From assembly GCA_036918135.1 (NCBI GenBank), contig JBALDB010000019.1:1-42834 (forward strand): a stretch of DNA of 42,834 bases, read 5' to 3'. Both the position numbers and the translations under genes were made by a program. Source of the stretch: Nostoc sp. Its GTDB lineage: Bacteria; Cyanobacteriota; Cyanobacteriia; Cyanobacteriales; Nostocaceae. Positions 40,654 through 42,834 of the stretch are shown here, one piece after another. The notes beneath the pieces were generated by a model, which did not search any database, was not told the DNA's origin, and was given only the letters and a program-made list of their open reading frames with translations. Numbering within the stretch: position 1 is the stretch's first letter; each line of letters opens with the position of its first letter.

Positions 40654-40908
40654 TTACTGTCTACAAACTTGAGTTTTGACATCTTGCAGCTGTGCTTGGT
40701 CGGCTTTCATCTGCCGCAGTTGCACTTGAGAAGCACTTTGATAGGTGGAAATTGCACCGATGCTCAACCCAGCTAGCAGCGCGGCTGCAAGTATGACCAA
40801 GAATGCCGCAGTGTTGTTAACTGCGGGTGCTGGCTCGTTGGCTGGGTAAAACTCCCCAGTGAATGGGACGACCTTACCCACTGACTGCTGTTTACTCTGT
40901 TGTTTCAT
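40654..40908 (-). CDS. Hypothetical single-TM protein
   Basis: AAFLVILAAALLAGLSIGAI followed by a short coiled coil. Confidence 0.65.
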   Translation of the reverse strand: MKQQSKQQSVGKVVPFTGEFYPANEPAPAVNNTAAFLVILAAALLAGLSIGAISTYQSASQVQLRQMKADQAQLQDVKTQVCRQ

Positions 40909-41362
40909 CTGCGGACTCTAGTAGCATTGGCTCGTAGGTGGGCAAGAGTAGATGCTCTGTCCCAGCGTTGATGGCAGCGCGGACTGATGTTTGCACTATT
41001 TCCCGGTCTTGGGGTGTGGGGTTGTCCCGCATCTGCTTAATACGTTGCAAGGTGCGACCGGGCAGCAGTCGCCAGTATTCACGGGCTAGTTGCTGTGAAT
41101 CGTGTTCGAGCAGCGATTCAAGTAAATCGGGTGCATCGTCATCTGCACCGAAATTTGCATCATCCGGCAGCGCGTTTTTTGGTGCGCGGGAGTGCAAAAG
41201 TTCAATCCCTGCATCAGTCCAAAGCTTTTGACCGTGTTCATCCATGACTAAATGCACGTCAAGCTGAAACAGTTGCGCGTGACGGCGCAACCAACTGCGG
41301 ATCGTGTTTTCTTTGATTCCTGTTAGCTCAGCGGCTTGAGGAGTTGTGTACAGTTGGCTCAT
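40892..41362 (-). CDS. MerR/excisionase-like helix-turn-helix protein
   Basis: LYTTPQAAELTGIKENTIRSWLRRH ... KLWTDAGIELL. Confidence 0.75.
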   Translation of the reverse strand: MSQLYTTPQAAELTGIKENTIRSWLRRHAQLFQLDVHLVMDEHGQKLWTDAGIELLHSRAPKNALPDDANFGADDDAPDLLESLLEHDSQQLAREYWRLLPGRTLQRIKQMRDNPTPQDREIVQTSVRAAINAGTEHLLLPTYEPMLLESADETTE

Positions 41363-41561
41363 CTTCTAGCGACTCCATTTGTTGAAAGTGCTTATTGAGG
41401 TAAGTCCAAGCCTCGGTTACAACTTTTTGCTGTTCTAAGGTGCGTGGTTGCTCTACTGTCTCGTTAGCGGTGACTTGGGAAGCTTTAGCAGCAAGTTCGG
41501 CAGGAACACCGTTATTGAGCAGCGTTTGATAATGAGCTTGGTAACGATCGCTGTTGTTCAT
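41328..41561 (-). CDS. Hypothetical protein
   Basis: Starts 4 nt after the upstream stop and overlaps the next gene. Confidence 0.65.
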   Translation of the reverse strand: MNNSDRYQAHYQTLLNNGVPAELAAKASQVTANETVEQPRTLEQQKVVTEAWTYLNKHFQQMESLEDEPTVHNSSSR

Positions 41562-41565
41562 GTTT

Positions 41566-41841
41566 TTAAAAAGAGCGAATTTGAGCGATTAGTGCCTCCA
41601 TGATTCCCGTACGGTCTGATATGGTTAGGCGATTTGTGATTTCTTTGGACATAACGAAAATTTCTTCTCTACAATCACCTTCCATTTCGCAGCCAAGATC
41701 CGATGCAATGACGGTGAGGATTGCCAATTTTTCTCGCTTGCTGATTTTCTCAAAGCTTGTCCCATACTGCTTTTGCAATACGTCCAAAAGCGAATTATCT
41801 CCTGGGGTATGACTTGTGTAGTAGCCTAGTGGCTTGGTCAT
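41566..41841 (-). CDS. Hypothetical protein, first gene of the leftward operon
   Basis: AAGGAGA RBS upstream of ATG; MTKPLGYYT. Confidence 0.7.
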   Translation of the reverse strand: MTKPLGYYTSHTPGDNSLLDVLQKQYGTSFEKISKREKLAILTVIASDLGCEMEGDCREEIFVMSKEITNRLTISDRTGIMEALIAQIRSF

Positions 41842-42001
41842 TGGTAAAATCTCCTTAATTTACAATTTGGTTTTTGGCGATCGCTACTACTTTGCACGTT
41901 AGGCGATCGCCTTTTTACTGGTTGTCACTTGTCGTTTACTCCCCAGCAGGTCTTTACATTGCCTCAGTGGCTACAGGCTGCTATCTCTGTCTGGTTGGGA
42001 G

Positions 42002-42024
42002 TTAGTCATTAGTCATTAGTCATT
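42002..42024. repeat. STRR-type heptamer repeat (TTAGTCA)3
   Basis: Directly visible. Confidence 0.8.
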
Positions 42025-42214
42025 GGGCGTTACCCACAGGGTGTGTCCGAACAAGGTGATGCAGATGCTTGCGCCATAATTACCGCACAAAATGGTGCGA
42101 GGAAGTGGCTGTCATTGCAGCTTTGCAACTGAATGAGACACTGACAAAAGAAAACTAGCCAAATCCACGGCGGTCGCCAAGTGAATATTTGGCTGGGTTT
42201 TTTATGTCGTTCAA

Positions 42215-42263
42215 CATGAATGATACGTCCTGTTTTCTCCTTAGTCAAGACGTTTCATTCATG
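42215..42263 (-). promoter_or_regulatory. Leftward sigma70 promoter overlapped by an 18-bp inverted-repeat operator
   Basis: Minus strand TTGACT (42248-42243)-N17-TATCAT (42225-42220); arms CATGAATGATACGTCCTG / CAAGACGTTTCATTCATG (16/18) with a 13-bp spacer. Confidence 0.75.
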
Positions 42264-42278
42264 AAGTTTGGGTCTACT

Positions 42279-42530
42279 ATGGTAGAAGAAAATCACTTAT
42301 CACAGGACAAGTCTCCGTTGAGGCTACTAAGAGAACAAGCTGGATTAACACGCCCTCAGGTCAAGGAAAGGATCGGTGTTTCGGAGCGAAGGCAAGCTGA
42401 CTGGGAATCCGGAAAAGCGCTGCCTAGTGCTGAAAACATCGCTTCTTTGTGCCGTCTATATAGAGTGTCACTTAAAAGCATGTTCTCTGCTTTAGGCGTT
42501 GATGTTGAGGGGATACCAGATGACGAATAA
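42279..42530 (+). CDS. XRE-family helix-turn-helix regulator
   Basis: LRLLREQAGLTRPQVKERIGVSERRQADWESGKALPS. Start could also be 42261. Confidence 0.88.
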   Translation: MVEENHLSQDKSPLRLLREQAGLTRPQVKERIGVSERRQADWESGKALPSAENIASLCRLYRVSLKSMFSALGVDVEGIPDDE

Positions 42531-42724
42531 ATGAAAAAATGATTAATTAACCCAAAGAAAAGCGCTCACTAGCATTTCCGCAGTGAGCGACCTACTTAAA
42601 AAGCAAATAATAATGAAATGAATACTATCAAAAAAGCAAAGAATAATCTACTTATTCAGATAAATTCTAGTGCCTTCACTAGCTTTTATTCTAACATAAT
42701 GATAGGCGTTCGGGGGGTAGAAAA

Positions 42725-42834
42725 ATGGTAGCAATCCCCTATTCCTACACCGAAGACCTAGACTTTAGTTCTCACGAAAATAAACCTTTACCACAGAACA
42801 TTGAAGCCGAAAAAACAGTACTAGGTGGTATCTT
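42725..42834 (+). CDS. Partial CDS: DnaB-like helicase N-terminal domain protein
   Basis: My translation MVAIPYSYTEDLDFSSHENKPLPQNIEAEKTVLGGI matches the DnaB N-terminal PPxxxEAExxVLG motif. Runs off the window. Confidence 0.75.
   Translation, partial: MVAIPYSYTEDLDFSSHENKPLPQNIEAEKTVLGGI

Larger units (their letters stand above)
35700..42834. mobile_element. Left part of an integrated phage/plasmid-like element (left boundary approximate; extends beyond window)
   Basis: Abrupt switch to short, overlapping, mostly unknown ORFs; divergent XRE regulator; MerR/excisionase-like HTH; DnaB-like gene start; sequence appears GC-richer than the flank by eye. Confidence 0.75.

Noticed and set aside
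42030..42248. 72-aa minus-strand ORF
   Set aside because: Its TTG start is the predicted -35 box, so it begins upstream of the predicted TSS; no recognisable domain.

Overview
A 42.8-kb segment that looks like a filamentous, Nostocales-type cyanobacterial chromosome, based on abundant HIP1 GCGATCGC octamers, heptamer STRR repeats, MITEs, five Uma2 genes and a PEP-CTERM gene. Positions 1 to about 35.65 kb are mostly ordinary chromosomal genes: a DXCF cyanobacteriochrome hybrid kinase whose downstream response-regulator genes are damaged, DUF4912, DUF1517, a Ser/Thr kinase-FGE protein, potC-like permease, GT4, YhcG, an M16 peptidase, crtD, an NhaP-type antiporter, a TPR protein, argS and a CbiG C-terminal protein. 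From about 35.7 kb to the end is the left part of an integrated phage/plasmid-like element. It carries a tightly packed leftward operon of about 15 mostly unknown genes behind a predicted operator-covered sigma70 promoter, a divergent XRE regulator, and the start of a DnaB-like gene. The most notable feature is inside that operon: a divergent IS110-family (DEDD RuvC + Tnp20/Nop-like) recombinase preceded by a roughly 300-nt, multi-domain, strand-specific structured non-coding region. This is a candidate bridge-type guide RNA, and possibly a domesticated RNA-guided system. All product calls come from motif recognition by eye; no searches were run.
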